Part shown: in pieces, positions 11,754 through 26,274 of the stretch
Position numbering within the stretch: position 1 is the first letter of the stretch
How the letters are laid out: each line of letters opens with the position of its first letter
Assembly (NCBI GenBank): GCA_032718475.1
Contig: JAUCBJ010004840.1
Location: 1-64,000, forward strand
Length of the DNA: 64,000 bases
Reading direction: 5' to 3'
DNA from: Nemertoderma westbladi
Lineage: Eukaryota > Animalia > Xenacoelomorpha
The notes under the pieces: generated by a model
The model's input: only the letters and a program-made list of their open reading frames with translations
Databases searched by the model: none
What the model was told of the DNA's origin: nothing
Program-made: the position numbers and the translations under genes

Positions 11754-12639
11754 AGATAACTTTATGGATAATTTGCACCTTGGCGTACCCAGCACCATAT
11801 TCTTCAGAATTTGAGGCGAGACAAAACAAAGAGCCATCATGGTTACAATCTGACAATTCTACTATGGCCGTTTTGTAAAGTCAAGGGGAGTGTGTGTGCG
11901 CGTGTTAATCGAAAGAATTGGGATGGCGTCTCGGAAATGTTTTTCGAGTGCATTTTATAATATATTTTGGATCAGCACTTTTTAGATTTAAAACTATTTT
12001 TATACAAATTTAATTATTGAAATCCAAATAGTTAACATTAATTATTCTAGAACATAAAAATATAGCAAAATAATTATAACAATTATTTTTTTAAGTAAAA
12101 TTATGGTGGGGTTTTTTCACATTACTAACTACATGCTCTTTTACATGAAAACAACAAAAATTTGAAAAAGTCTTCCAAGTTGCTTGGTATTTTTTTTTGG
12201 CAATAAGGGTTTTTGGGGTCGACAAATCTGATGGGCTGGGTTACATACAGTACCCCCGTTTTGTAGAGAAGTAGTGTTAATAAGCTTTCCATTTTGTACC
12301 AACCAAAATGGTGGTAGTAAAAATGAGGAAATTGTTATACAAATTTTTAATTACTAATATCTATACATATACATATGAATAATTATATAATAGATTAAAT
12401 AAAATTCAACTAACGTTCAATCACTCAAAAAATGTTTCTATATTTCATGAGCCCTCGACAATTCTCCCGATCCCCCTCAAATATAGGCGATAGTAAATTA
12501 AAGGCGAAGCGAAAATACAACCGAATCATAGGAGAACACAGCAGTAATTAAAATAAGCACCAAAAAATAGCACACTGGGACAAGGACCGGCTGAATTCAT
12601 AAAACTGTAAGAAATCAATTACATTTTTTTTATTAAATG

Positions 12640-15600
12640 ACCACAGACAGCCACTCAGACACGGACTCCCCCCACCCCAACCGAAACCTCCAGACAGCCT
12701 CTCAGACACGGAATCCTCCCACCCCAACCGAAACCTCCAGACAGCCTCTCAGATACGGACTCCTCCCAACCGAAACCTCCAGACAGCCTCTCAGACACGG
12801 ACTCCTCCAACCCCAACCGAAACCTCCAGACAGCCTCTCAGACACGGACTCCTCCCAACCCCCAACCGAAACCTCCAGACAGACTCGCAGACACGGACTC
12901 CTCCCACCCCAACCGAAACCTCCAGACAGCCATTCAGACACGGACTCCTCCCACCCCAACCGAAACCTCCTACAGCCTCTCAGACACGGACTCCTCCCAC
13001 CCCAACCGAAACCTCCAGACAGCCTCTCAGACACGGACTCCTCCCAACCGAAACCTCCAGACAGCCTCTCAGACACGGACTCATCCCAACCCCCAACCAA
13101 AACCTCCAGACAGCCTCTCAGACACGGACTCCTCCCAACCCCAACCGAAACCTCCAGACAGCCTCTCAGACACGGACTCCTCCCAACCGAAACCTCCAGA
13201 CAGCCTCTCAGACAAGGACTCCTCCCACAACAACCGAAACCTCCAGACAGCCTCTCAGACACGGACTCCTCCCAACCCCAACCGAAACCTCCAGACAGCC
13301 TCTCAGACACGGACTCCTCCCAACCCCAACCGAAACCTCCAGACAGCCTCTCAGACACGGATTCCTCCCCACCCCAACCGAAACCTCCAGACAGCCTCTC
13401 ACACACGGACTCCTCCCACCCCAACCGAAACCTCCAGACAGCCTCTCAGTCACGGACCCCTCCCAACCCCAACCGAAACCTCCAGACAGCCTCTCAGACA
13501 CGGACTCCCTCCCACCCCAACCGAAACCTCCAGACAGCATCTCAGACACGGACTCCTCCCAACCCCCAACCGAAACCTCCAGACAGCCTCTCAGACACGG
13601 ACTCCTCCCACCCCAACCGAAACCTCCAGACAGCCTCTCAGACACGGACTCCTCCCAACCCCCAACCGAAACCTCCAGACAGCCTCTCACACACGGACTC
13701 CTCCCAACCGAAACCTCCAGACAGCCACTCAGACACGGACTCCTCCCACCCCAACCGAAACCTCCAGACAGCCTCTCAGACACGGACTCCTCCCAACCCC
13801 CAACCGAAACCTACGGACAGCCTCTCAGACACGGACTCCTCCCACCCCAACCGAAACCTCCAGGCAGCCTCTCACACACGGACTCCTCCCAACCGAAACC
13901 TCCAGACAGCCACTCAGACACGGACTCCTCCCACCCCAACCGAAACCTCCAGACAGCCTCTCAGACACGGACTCCTCCCAACCCCCAACCGAAACCTCCA
14001 GACAGCCTTTCAGACACGGACTCCTCCCACCCCAACCGAAACCTCCAGACAGCCACTAGGACACGGACTCCTCCCAACCCCAACCGAAACCTCCAGACAG
14101 CCTCTCAGACACGGACTCCTCCCAACCGAAACCTCCAGACAGCCTCTCAGCCACGGACTCCTCCCACCCCAACCGAAACCTCCAGACAGCCACTCAGACA
14201 CGGACTCCTCCCAACCCCAACCGAAACCTCCAGACAGCCTCTCAGACACGGACTCATCCCAACCCCAACCGAAACCTCCAGACAGCCTGTCAGACACGGA
14301 CTCCACCCAACCCAACCGAAACCTCCAGACAGCCTCTCAGACACGGACTCCTCCCAACCCCAACCGAAACCTCCAGACAGCCTCTCAGACACGGACTCCT
14401 CCCAACCCCAACCGAAACCTCCAGACAGCCTCTCAGACACGGACTCCTCCCAACCCCCAACCAAAACCTCCAGACAGCCTCTCAGACACGGACTCATCCC
14501 AACCCCCAACCGAAACCTCCAGACAGCCTCTCAGAAGACACGGACTCCTCCCAACCCAACCGAAACCTCCAGACAGCCTCTCAGACACGGACTCCTCCCA
14601 ACCCCAACCGAAACCTCCAGACAGCCTCTCAGACACGGACTCCTCCCAACCCCAACCGAAACCTCCAGACAGCGTCTCAGACACGGACTCCTCCCAACCG
14701 AAACCTCCAGACAGCCTCTCAGACACGGACTCCTCCCACCCCAACCGAAACCTCCAGACAGCCACTCAGACACGGACTCCTCCCACCCCAACCGAAACCT
14801 CCAGACAGCCTCTCAGACACGGACTCCTCCCACCCCAACCGAAACCTCCAGACAGCCTCTCAGACACGGACTCCTCCCAACCGAAACCTCCAGACAGCCT
14901 CTCAGACACGGACTCCTCCCACCCCAACCGAAACCTCCAGACAGCCTCTCAGACACGGACTCCTCCCAACCCCCAACCGAAACCTCCAGACAGCCTCGCA
15001 GACACGGACTCCTCCCACCCCAACCGAAACCTCCAGACAGCCATTCAGACACGGACTCCTCCCACCCCAACCGAAACCTCCAGACAGCCTCTCAGACACG
15101 GACTCCTCCCACCCCAACCGAAACCTCCAGACAGCCTCTCAGACACGGACTCCTCCCACCCCAACCGAAACCTCCAGACAGCCTCTCAGACACGGACTCC
15201 TCCCAACCGAAACCTCCAGACAGCCTCTCAGACACGGACTCATCCCAACCCCCAACCGAAACCTCCAGACAGCCTCTCAGACACGGACTCCTCTCAACCC
15301 CAACCGAAACCTCCAGACAGCCTCTCAGACACGGACTCCTCCCAACCCCAACCGAAACCTCCAGACAGCCTCTCAGACACGGACTCCTCCCAACCGAAAC
15401 CTCCAGACAGCCTCTCACACACGGACTCCTCCCAACCGAAACCTCTAGACAGCCACTCAGACACGGACTCCTCCCACCCCAACCGAAACCTCCAGACAGC
15501 CTCTCAGACACGGACTCCTCCCAAACCCCAACCGAAACCTCCGGACAGCCTCTCAGACACGGACTCCTCCCACCCCAACCGAAACCTCCAGACAGAATCT

Positions 15601-18600
15601 CAGACACGGACTCCTCCCAACCCCCAACCGAAACCTCCAGACGGCCTTTCAGGCACGGACTCCTCCCACCCCAACCGAAACCTCCAGACAACCTCTCCGA
15701 CACGGACTCCTCCCACCCCAACCGAAACCTCCAGACAACCTCTCCGACACGGACTCCTCCCACCCCAATCGAAACCTCCAGACAGCCTCTCAGACACGGA
15801 CTCCTGCCAACCCCCAACCAAAACCTCCAGACAGCCTCTCAGACACGGACTCATCCCAACCCCAACCGAAACCTCCAGACAGCCTCTCAGACACGGACTC
15901 CTCCCAACCGAAACCTCCAGACAGTCTCTCAGACACGGACTCCTCCCACCCCAACCGAAACCTCCAGACAGCCTCTCAGACATGGACTCCTCCCAACCCC
16001 CAACCGAAACCTCCAGACAGCCTCTCAGACACGGACTCCTCCCACCCCAACCGAAACCTCCAGACAGCCACTCAGACACGGACTCCTCCCACCCCAACCG
16101 AAACCTCCAGACAGCCTCTCAGACACGGACTCCTCCCACCCCAACCGAAAGCTCCAGACAGCCTCTCAGACACGGACTCCTCCCAACCGAAACCTCCAGA
16201 TAGCCTCTCAGACACGGACTCCTCCCAACCCCCAACCGAAACCTCCAGACAGCCTCGCAGACACGGACTCATCCCACCCCAACCGAAACCTCCAGACAGC
16301 CATTCAGACACGGACTCCTCCCACCCCAACCGAAACCTCCAGACAGCCTCTCAGACACGGACTCCTCCCACCCCAACCGAAACCTCCAGACAGCCTCTCA
16401 GACACGGACTCCTCCCACCCCAACCGAAACCTCCAGACAGCCTCTCAGACACGGACTCATCCCAACCCCCAACCGAAACCTCCAGACAGCCTTTCAGACA
16501 CGTACTCCTCTCAACCCCAACCGAAACCTCCAGACAGCCTCTCAGACACGGACTCCTCCCAACCCCAACCGAAACCTCCAGACAGCCTCTCAGACACGGA
16601 CTCCTCCCAACCGAAACCTCCAGACAGCCTCTCAGACACGGACTCCTCCCACCACAACCGAAACCTCTAGACAGCCACTTAGACACGGACTCCTCCCACC
16701 CCAACCGAAACCTCCAGACAGCCTCTCAGACACGGACTCCTCCCAACCGAAACCTCCAGACACCCTCTCAGACACGGACTCCTCCCACCCCAACCGAAAC
16801 CTCCAGACAGCCTCTAAGACACGGACTCCTCCCACCACAACCGAAACCTCTAGTCAGCCACTTAGACACGGACTCCTCCCACCCCAACCGAAACCTCCAG
16901 ACAGCCTCTCAGACACGGACTCCTCCCACCCCAACCGAAACCTCCAGACAGCCTCTCAGACAGGTACTCCTCCCAACCGAAACCCTCAGACAGCCTCTCA
17001 GACACGGACTCCTCCCAATCCCAACCTCCAGACAGCCTCTCAGACACGGACTCCTCCCACCCCACCCGAAACCTCCAGACAGCCCCTCAGACACGGACTC
17101 CTCCCACCCCAACCGAAACCTCCAGACAGCCTCTCAGACACGAACTCATCCCAACACCCAACCGAAACCTCCGGACAGCCTCTCAGACACGGACTCCTCC
17201 CACCCCAACCGAAACCTCCAGACAGCCTCTCAGACACGAACTCATCCCAACACCCAACCGAAACCTCCGGACAGCCTCTCAGACACGGACTCCTCCCACC
17301 CCAACCGAAACCTCCAGACAGCCACTCAGACACGGACTCCTCCCACCCCAACCGAAACCTCCAGACAGTCTCTCAGACACGGACTCCTCTCAACCCCCAA
17401 CCGAAACCTCCAGACAGCCTCTCAGACACGGACTCCTCCCACCCCAACCGAAACCTCCAGACAGCCTCTCAGACACGGACTCCTCCCACCCCAACCGAAA
17501 CCTCCAGACAGCCTCTCAGACACGGACTCCTCCCAACCCCCAACCGAAACCTCCAGACAGCCTCGCAGACACGGACTCATCCCACCCCAACCGAAACCTC
17601 CAGACAGCCATTCAGACACGGACTCCTCCCACCACAACCGAAACCTCTAGTCAGCCACTTAGACACGGACTCCTCCCACCCCAACCGAAACCTCCAGACA
17701 GCCTCTCAGACACGGACTCCTCCCACCCCAACCGAAACCTCCAGACAGCCTCTCAGACACGGACTCCTCCCAACCGAAACCCTCAGACAGCCTCTCAGAC
17801 ACGGACTCCTCCCAATCCCAACCTCCAGACAGCCTCTCAGACACGGACTCCTCCCACCCCACCCGAAACCTCCAGACAGCCTCTCAGACACGGACTCCTC
17901 CCACCCCAACCGAAACCTCCAGACAGCCTCTCAGACACGAACTCATCCCAACACCCAACCGAAACCTCCGGACAGCCTCTCAGACACGGACTCCTCCCAC
18001 CCCAACCGAAACCTCCAGACAGCCTCTCACACACGGACTCCTCCCAACCGAAACCTCCAGACAGCCACTCAGACACGGACTCCTCCCACCCCAACCGAAA
18101 CCTCCAGACAGCCTCTCAGACACGGACTCCTCCCAACCCCCAACCGAAACCTCCAGACAGCCTCTCAGACACGGACTCCTCCCACCCCAACCGAAACCTC
18201 CAGACAGCCACTAGGACACGGACTCCTCCCAACCCCAACCGAAACCTCCAGACAGCCTCTCAGACACGGACTCCTCCCAACCGAAACCTCCAGACAGCCT
18301 CTCAGCCACGGACTCCTCCCACCCCAACCGAAACCTCCAGACAGCCACTCAGACACGGACTCCTCCTAACCCCAACCGAAACCTCCAGACAGCCTCTCAG
18401 ACACGGACTCATCCCAACCCCAACCGAAACCTCCAGACAGCCTGTCAGACACGGACTCCACCCAACCCAACCGAAACCTCCAGACAGCCTCTCAGACACG
18501 GACTCCTCCCAACCCCAACCGAAACCTCCAGACAGCCTCTCAGACACGGACTCCTCCCAACCCCAACCGAAACCTCCAGACAGCCTCTCAGACACGGACT

Positions 18601-21600
18601 CCTCCCAACCCCCAACCAAAACCTCCAGACAGCCTCTCAGACACGGACTCATCCCAACCCCCAACCGAAACCTCCAGACAGCCTCTCAGACACGGACTCC
18701 TCCCAACCCAACCGAAACCTCCAGACAGCCTCTCAGACACGGACTCCTCCCAACCCCAACCGAAACCTCCAGACAGCCTCTCAGACACGGACTCCTCCCA
18801 ACCCCAACCGAAACCTCCAGACAGCCTCTCAGACACGGACTCCTCCCAACCGAAACCTCCAGACAGCCTCTCAGACACGGACTCCTCCCACCCCAACCGA
18901 AACCTCCAGACAGCCACTCAGACACGGACTCCTCCCACCCCAACCGAAACCTCCAGACAGCCTCTCAGACACGGACTCCTCCCACCCCAACCGAAACTTC
19001 CAGACAGCCTCTCAGACACGGACTCCTCCCAACCGAAACCTCCAGACAGCCTCTCAGACACGGACTCCTCCCACCCCAACCGAAACCTCCAGACAGCCTC
19101 TCAGACACGGACTCCTCCCAACCCCCAACCGAAACCTCCAGACAGCCTCGCAGACACGGACTCCTCCCACCCCAACCGAAACCTCCAGACAGCCATTCAG
19201 ACACGGACTCCTCCCACCCCAACCGAAACCTCCAGACAGCCTCTCAGACACGGACTCCTCCCACCACAACCGAAACCTCCAGACAGCCTCTCAGACACGG
19301 ACTCCTCCCACCCCAACCGAAACCTCCAGACAGCCTCTCAGACACGGACTCCTCCCAACCGAAACCTCCAGACAGCCTCTCAGACACGGACTCATCCCAA
19401 CCCCCAACCGAAACCTCCAGACAGCCTCTCAGACACGGACTCCTCTCAACCCCAACCGAAACCTCCAGACAGCCTCTCAGACACGGACTCCTCCCAACCC
19501 CAACCGAAACCTCCAGACAGCCTCTCAGACACGGACTCCTCCCAACCGAAACCTCCAGACAGCCTCTCACACACGGACTCCTCCCAACCGAAACCTCTAG
19601 ACAGCCACTCAGACACGGACTCCTCCCACCCCAACCGAAACCGCCAGACAGCCTCTCAGTCACGGACTCCTCCCAAACCCCAACCGAAACCTCCGGACAG
19701 CCTCTCAGACACGGACTCCTCCCACCCCAACCGAAACCTCCAGACAGCATCTCAGACACGGACTCCTCCCAACCCCCAACCGAAACCTCCAGACAGCCTC
19801 TCAGGCACGGACTCCTCCCACCCCAACCGAAACCTCCAGACAACCACTAGGACACGGACTCCTCCCACGCCTATCGAAACCTCCAGACAGCCTCTCAGAC
19901 ACGGACTCCTCCCAACCCCCAACCAAAACCTCCAGACAGCCTCTCAGACACGGACTCATCCCAACCCCAACCGAAACCTCCAGACAGCCTCTCAGACACG
20001 GACTCCTCCCAACCGAAACCTCCAGACAGTCTCTCAGACACGGACTCCTCCCACCCCAACCGAAACCTCCAGACAGCCTCTCAGACATGGACTCCTCCCA
20101 ACCCCCAACCGAAACCTCCAGACAGCCTCTCAGACACGGACTCCTCCCACCCCAACCGAAACCTCCAGACAGCCACTCAGACACGGACTCCTCCCACCCC
20201 AACCGATACCTCCAGACAGCCTCTCAGACACGGACTCCTCCCACCCCAACCGAAAGCCCAGACAGCCTCTCAGACTCGGACTCCTCCCAACCCCAACCGA
20301 AACCTCCAGACAGCCTCTCAGACACGGACTCCTCCCAACCCCCAACCGAAACCTCCAGACAGCCTCTCAGACACGGACTCCTCCCACCCCAACCGAAACC
20401 TCCAGACAACCACTAGGACACGGACTCCTCCCACGCCAATCGAAACCTCCAGACAGCCTCTCAGACACGGACTCCTCCCAACCCCCAACCAAAACCTCCA
20501 GACAGCCTCTCAGACACGGACTCATCCCAACCCCAACCGAAACCTCCAGACAGCCTCTCAGACACGGACTCCTCCCAACCGAAACCTCCAGACAGCCTCT
20601 CAGACACGGACTCCTCCCACCCCAACCGAAACCTCCAGATAGCCTCTCAGACACGGACTCCTCCCAACCCCCAACCGAAACCTCCAGACAGCCTCGCAGA
20701 CACGGACTCATCCCACCCCAACCGAAACCTCCAGACAGCCATTCAGACACGGACTCCTCCACCCCAACCGAAACCTCCAGACAGCCTCTCAGACACGGAC
20801 TCCTCCCACCCCAACCGAAACCTCCAGACAGCCTCTCAGACACGGACTCCTCCCACCCCAACCGAAACCTCCAGACAGCCTCTCAGACACGGACTCATCC
20901 CAACCCCCAACCGAAACCTCCAGACAGCCTTTCAGACACGTACTCCTCTCAACCCCAACCGAAACCTCCAGACAGCCTCTCAGACACGGACTCCTCCCAA
21001 CCCCAACCGAAACCTCCAGACAGCCTCTCAGACACGGACTCCTCCCAACCGAAACCTCCAGACAGCCTCTCAGACACGGACTCCTCCCACCACAACCGAA
21101 ACCTCTAGACAGCCACTTAGACACGGACTCCTCCCACCCCAACCGAAACCTCCAGACAGCCTCTCAGACACGGACTCCTCCCAACCGAAACCTCCAGACA
21201 CCCTCTCAGACACGGACTCCTCCCACCCCAACCGAAACCTCCAGACAGCCTCTCAGACACGGACTCCTCCCACCACAACCGAAACCTCTAGTCAGCCACT
21301 TAGACACGGACTCCTCCCACCCCAACCGAAACCTCCAGACAGCCTCTCAGACACGGACTCCTCCTACCCCAACCGAAACCTCCAGACAGCCTCTCAGACA
21401 CGGACTCCTCCCAACCGAAACCCTCAGACAGCCTCTCAGACACGGACTCCTCCCAATCCCAACCTCCAGACAGCCTCTCAGACACGGACTCCTCCCACCC
21501 CACCCGAAACCTCCAGACAGCCTCTCAGACACGAACTCATCCCAACACCCAACCGAAACCTCCAGAAAGCCTCTCGGACACGGACTCCTTTCAAGCGAAA

Positions 21601-21812
21601 CCCCCAGACAGCCTCTCAGACACGGACTCCTCCCAACCGAAACCTTCAGACAGCTTCTCGGACACGGACTCCTTCCAACGGAATCCCTCAGACAACCTCT
21701 CAGACACGGACTCCTCCCAACCCCAACCGAAACCTCCAGACAGCCTCTCAGACACGGACTCCTCCCAACAGAAACCTCCAGACAGCCTCAGACACTGACT
21801 CCTCCCAACCGC
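12640..21812. repeat. ~9.2-kb minisatellite with 42/47/48/49-bp units, a C-rich + strand and higher-order block duplications
   Basis: Unit ACGGACTCCTCCCACCCCAACCGAAACCTCCAGACAGCCTCTCAGAC with a length-variable CCAA/CCCC linker. Confidence 0.97.
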
Positions 21813-21852
21813 AAGCCATGCAGAAGGCAAAGTCATTGCAAATTGACACTAA

Positions 21853-22775
21853 AGCCCGGTTTCCATGGATGATGCAAGATATCTAGTAGCTTCGAGCTAT
21901 TAGCTACTGGCTCGTCGCCAATTGCTAATAGCCGCGGCCACTAGCTACTGGCCGCGGCCACTAGCTAATAGTCGCGGCCACTAGCTACTCGCCGCGGCCA
22001 CTAGCTAATAGCCGCGGCCACTAGCTAATAGCCGCGGCCACTAGCTACTGGCCGCAGCCAGTGGCTACTTGCCGCGAAACCAGTAGCCACTGGCCGCGAA
22101 GCTACTAACTATTTGCGCGAGGAAAATAGCCTTCAACCAAGTCAGAGCACTGGCTGCACGCTACGTGCCACGCTATATATTTCATATAGTGTATCCTGTT
22201 TCATTATTTTCTCTACACAACCACAACCCCAGATCTATACTACCCCAGAGGAATATGGCATACAATTGGTGTAACATTCATGCCGAAACGAAATGTACCC
22301 TGCCGGATCGAACCCATAACCACCAGAGGGATGTGAATTCAATGTAACGGATTTAACTACTACGCTAATACATATTTTTGTATCCTTTTTGAAAATGTTC
22401 TACAACATTTTATCTAATTATTTAAACAAATTGTTCTAGAACATTTATATTTTATTCTAGAACAACGAGTGTGGGATCCGAAACTGGTAATTGCCACATC
22501 CTCCATTAAAAATGAAAGTAAGCCGTGAAAACTATTTATGTAATATGTGATGGGTGGAAATTAACTGAAAGATACAGAAAAAATATATTAACAGGCGTGG
22601 AACATTGCAGATATCTGTGTTTTATGGAAAACGGTTTCACAGTGACTCAAATAGCCGGTTGCTACGAGGCGCGGCCAACAGCTAGTAGCCTGCCGATACT
22701 AGCTATTTTCAGTATGGCCACTAGCCGCATTGTGGCACGTAAGTTGTAGCTAAGTTACATCCAGTAAACCGGGCT
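21853..22775. mobile_element. Non-autonomous PIF/Harbinger-like element
   Basis: TAA|AGCCCGGTTTCCATGGATG ... CATCCAGTAAACCGGGCT|TAA (3-bp TAA TSD). Internal 20-bp repeats GCCGCGGCCACTAGCTAATA lie at ~21930-22100. Confidence 0.8.
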
Positions 22776-25700
22776 TAAGGGGTGTGGATCAAGTTGTGAC
22801 ATGCTCTGGAGACAGGGGGATGACTGTAACCTGCTCCATTTGCTTAATTGATAATTGAAATTCGTTAATTCGGGCAGAAGAGAGATTTACTCACCGAGAA
22901 GGGATTTTCATCAAGTTATCCTACCTGTCTCTCCTGAAAACAGCACGGTTCCTGACGTACTTGCATCTAATGTTATATTGATAGGTTCTCCTGTCCCTCC
23001 TATAAGATCGACGAATATATCAAGTAATTGTAAGATTGGAACACTTCATCCTGTATCGCACGAGTTAATCAATTTCTATTTTTGCTTTCTGTCTGCAAAC
23101 ATTTCTGCATCATTTCCTGGCTTGGCTTCCTGAGAATGCCTTCCGTTGCGAGGCGATTGGAACGCATAGGTCTCAAATGATTAATTACAGTCCAATTTTT
23201 ATGTTACCAAAAATAACTACTGTAAATAAGAACTAAGCTGCCTATGGTTCTCCGACGTTCAGCCAGTTTTTCTGGGTATCCACTTATTACCGTATACTAA
23301 TAACAATACTCCCGTAACTTAAACGATGAATTATTTAATACGTAATATTACTAGGAAAACAACGTCGACGTTTCTTGTTATGAAGCTTTATTATACAAAA
23401 TAAGAGCCCAAATATTTTATGCAAAGATTTACAGCTCAAGTATAAACCGAACAACATGCAATGAATAAACATACCTCCACCCAAAGGTTAGCCAAACTAA
23501 TAATATACAATAAGTAACACGAAATATCTATTTACATAATCGTGAGTATAAAGTGACACTTTATGAGGCGACTTCGCGCAGCACGTCTAGATGAGCCTTT
23601 ACGTGGCGGTACAATTAGTGGACCTAGTCACAAGTACCATAGAGGCCGACAGAGGAATTTATAGAAATCTGTCTGTGTGTAGAATTTATAAAGCTTTGAT
23701 AGACTACATGTGTACCAAATTTGGTTCAATTTCATTATGACTGACTTATTAGCGTTAAAACATTTATACCCACGACGTTTATCAACTAATTATAACGCTA
23801 TGTCAAGGCTCACCTATACTTCGTGGCTCGCCCCACACTTGGAATCCCGTAATGTAATCCTATAAAGTGTTTACACACTAAAAATGTGTAATTTTATTGC
23901 TAATTTGAACCATTATCCATACGCCGACGTGGTGGGGTGGAAGTGTTAGCGAGAATTAGATAAACACACCGAATGTTGTAACGTCGTATTTTGGAATAAA
24001 ATAACGAAAACAACAATAAATTAAACTAATAATAACAATAAATTTACTATCATGTTAATATTACACAACACAGATAATAAGTTAAATATTTACACTAATT
24101 ATAGTTGAGTAAACAAATACAAACAGAATCACATGGATAGTGATGGGAACAGTTACGATCAAACAAACGAAAACTATGAAATCAAACAGCGCTATACTAC
24201 AGTATATATATAGAGTCATTGCCGTGAAAAAAAACACAAAAAAATAGAGAAGGCCAAAGGGACGATGTATCTATCGCTTTTATACAAAATAAAACAACTC
24301 CTTCGTGAACCCCATTAGCTATCAATCCGAAAAAATTAAAGATCAACGTTTTTTTAAATTTTATATATTTCATATTGATGAATGGCTTTATAATTCAAGG
24401 CATTATTATTATTGTGTTAATTCTTAACTAAAAATATTTGTAGCTAGTTATTAATTAAATATTATTGTGTTGTGAATAAATTAACATTAAAGGGAAATTG
24501 TTATCCGGGAAAATTTGCCCCTTTTTATTAGTATCATTAATGTTTAACCAGGTAATTATGGATGAGTTTATTTTTATAGGTAATAAAATATAGTTTAAAA
24601 TAAATCAGACTCCATTAAGATCTAAAAAAAAAGTATAATTGCACTTAAACTAATGAAGTCTGTCAATGATATAAAAGCAAAATAAAACAACCGTTTGAAT
24701 GACACTAAGCCATCTGGGGTCTCAAAAGGGAGCAATTAAAAATATTTAGTTATTTTTTATCCTATACGGTAGCAATAGTATGGAAGTCACTAACTTTACA
24801 GGGCCGGGGAAGTGGAGTCTAAATAATTTTAGCATCGTGTTATATAATTCAATCAGATTCCAAAACATATTGATGTCACTTAGGTTGGGACGGGACAAAA
24901 TTACAGTTGTAAGAAAAAGTGCAACACAAATATATAACTTTATAATCAATTCATGAAAAATTATCCCAACTGAAACTCCAGGTTCAAACTAAAGAGATAA
25001 GAAAAATAAAAAATACCTTCTCTCAAAAACCTGAGTTATAATCAAGAGGTTTGTGTTGAAACCCTCACCCTTAACTTAAATCTAAATTGAAACACATTCA
25101 CAACATACTGGAATCCAATTTGAACACTGAAGAACAATTCTAAATACAACAGTTTTATAGAAAATCAGAAAAGAAAGCTTTATTAATTGCACATGTAATG
25201 TAGGTAGATGTAAAAAATCACAGCCCCGTAAGGAGTCGAATGACTTCTTGCAAAGTGGATCTCATATCGCCAATATCGACATGCCGACAAATATAGAACT
25301 ATATTAATTGAAGGCGTAGTAAAGGCAACTCCACATCAAGCAGTTCATTAAATTGTGTTGGATAATTTAATATTTTGCATTGAACTTTATAATAAAAAAT
25401 ATATGCAAAGCAACAGGAAATAAATAAATAAAACTAGCGTAACTCGATATAAAAGCAATCTTCGATGGTATATTAAGTTACTTAGTATTAATTGTTGTCA
25501 CTATAGACAAATCACACACGACACTATTACAAACAGTTAAAACTGTAAAAAATTAAAGGCTCAAGGTAATTTATAAATGAAGACGGGTCCCTAATTATTA
25601 AAATAGTAACATATAGTTAAAGCATATAGTCAAACGTATGGCGATAGAAAATGTAAGTTTTTACTAAAATTTACAAAAATGTGATCCTTCTAGATAAGAT

Positions 25701-25801
25701 GACAGACAGGAAGGCTGTCAATAGTGTGACGTCACAGTTTATTTCGGCTATGGTAAGGTATATAACATAGACGTGCATGACGTAATAGTTTATCTATCCA
25801 G

Positions 25802-26113
25802 TTACTCAGGAGATTTCCTACCGGAAGTGAGAAGTTGCCGGACGCGAGACTTCAGGGAAGCCCAATAATAGGCGACCACGTCAGGGTATTGGTAGACACC
25901 CAAAGCCACCGTTACCAAGACGACAACCAATAGAAGGACGATTAGACGGCGTTTGAACACGGAGATCGGGCAGCCCCCTATGGTTGGTTCACTGACGCTA
26001 TGGGATTTACTGGTGGTCGTAGTCGAAGTGCTGGTTCGTGTCGTCATGGTGATGGGAGAAGGCAACGGCGATCCAATCAGCTTCATGATTTTCATACCTT
26101 TCGCATATTTAGT
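25802..26113 (-). CDS. RS/SP-rich tail-anchored membrane protein, last exon (transmembrane helix)
   Basis: TTCTAG acceptor, phase 0, TKYAKGMKIMK...KRRLIVLLLVVVLVTVALGVYQYP...RKSPE*. The five exons sum to 861 nt (286 aa + stop). Confidence 0.78.
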   Translation of the reverse strand, partial: TKYAKGMKIMKLIGSPLPSPITMTTRTSTSTTTTSKSHSVSEPTIGGCPISVFKRRLIVLLLVVVLVTVALGVYQYPDVVAYYWASLKSRVRQLLTSGRKSPE

Positions 26114-26274
26114 CTAGAATGGAATTAATGTTTGTCAGAAATACACATGGGTTGTTCCCATTACAGGAAACTTTCCTCTTAAAATATGAGGTAAAAAAAA
26201 TATTAAATCTCACGACACGTTACAGTTTCGATATTTTTGCAAGTTTCAAAAACAGAGATTCCTTTAATTTCATT

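Noticed and set aside
12637-16203. 1188-aa Pro/Ser/Thr-rich ORF
   Set aside because: It lies wholly in a minisatellite whose C/A-rich strand lacks stops in all frames. Units of 47-49 bp shift frame freely, so there is no sign of coding constraint.
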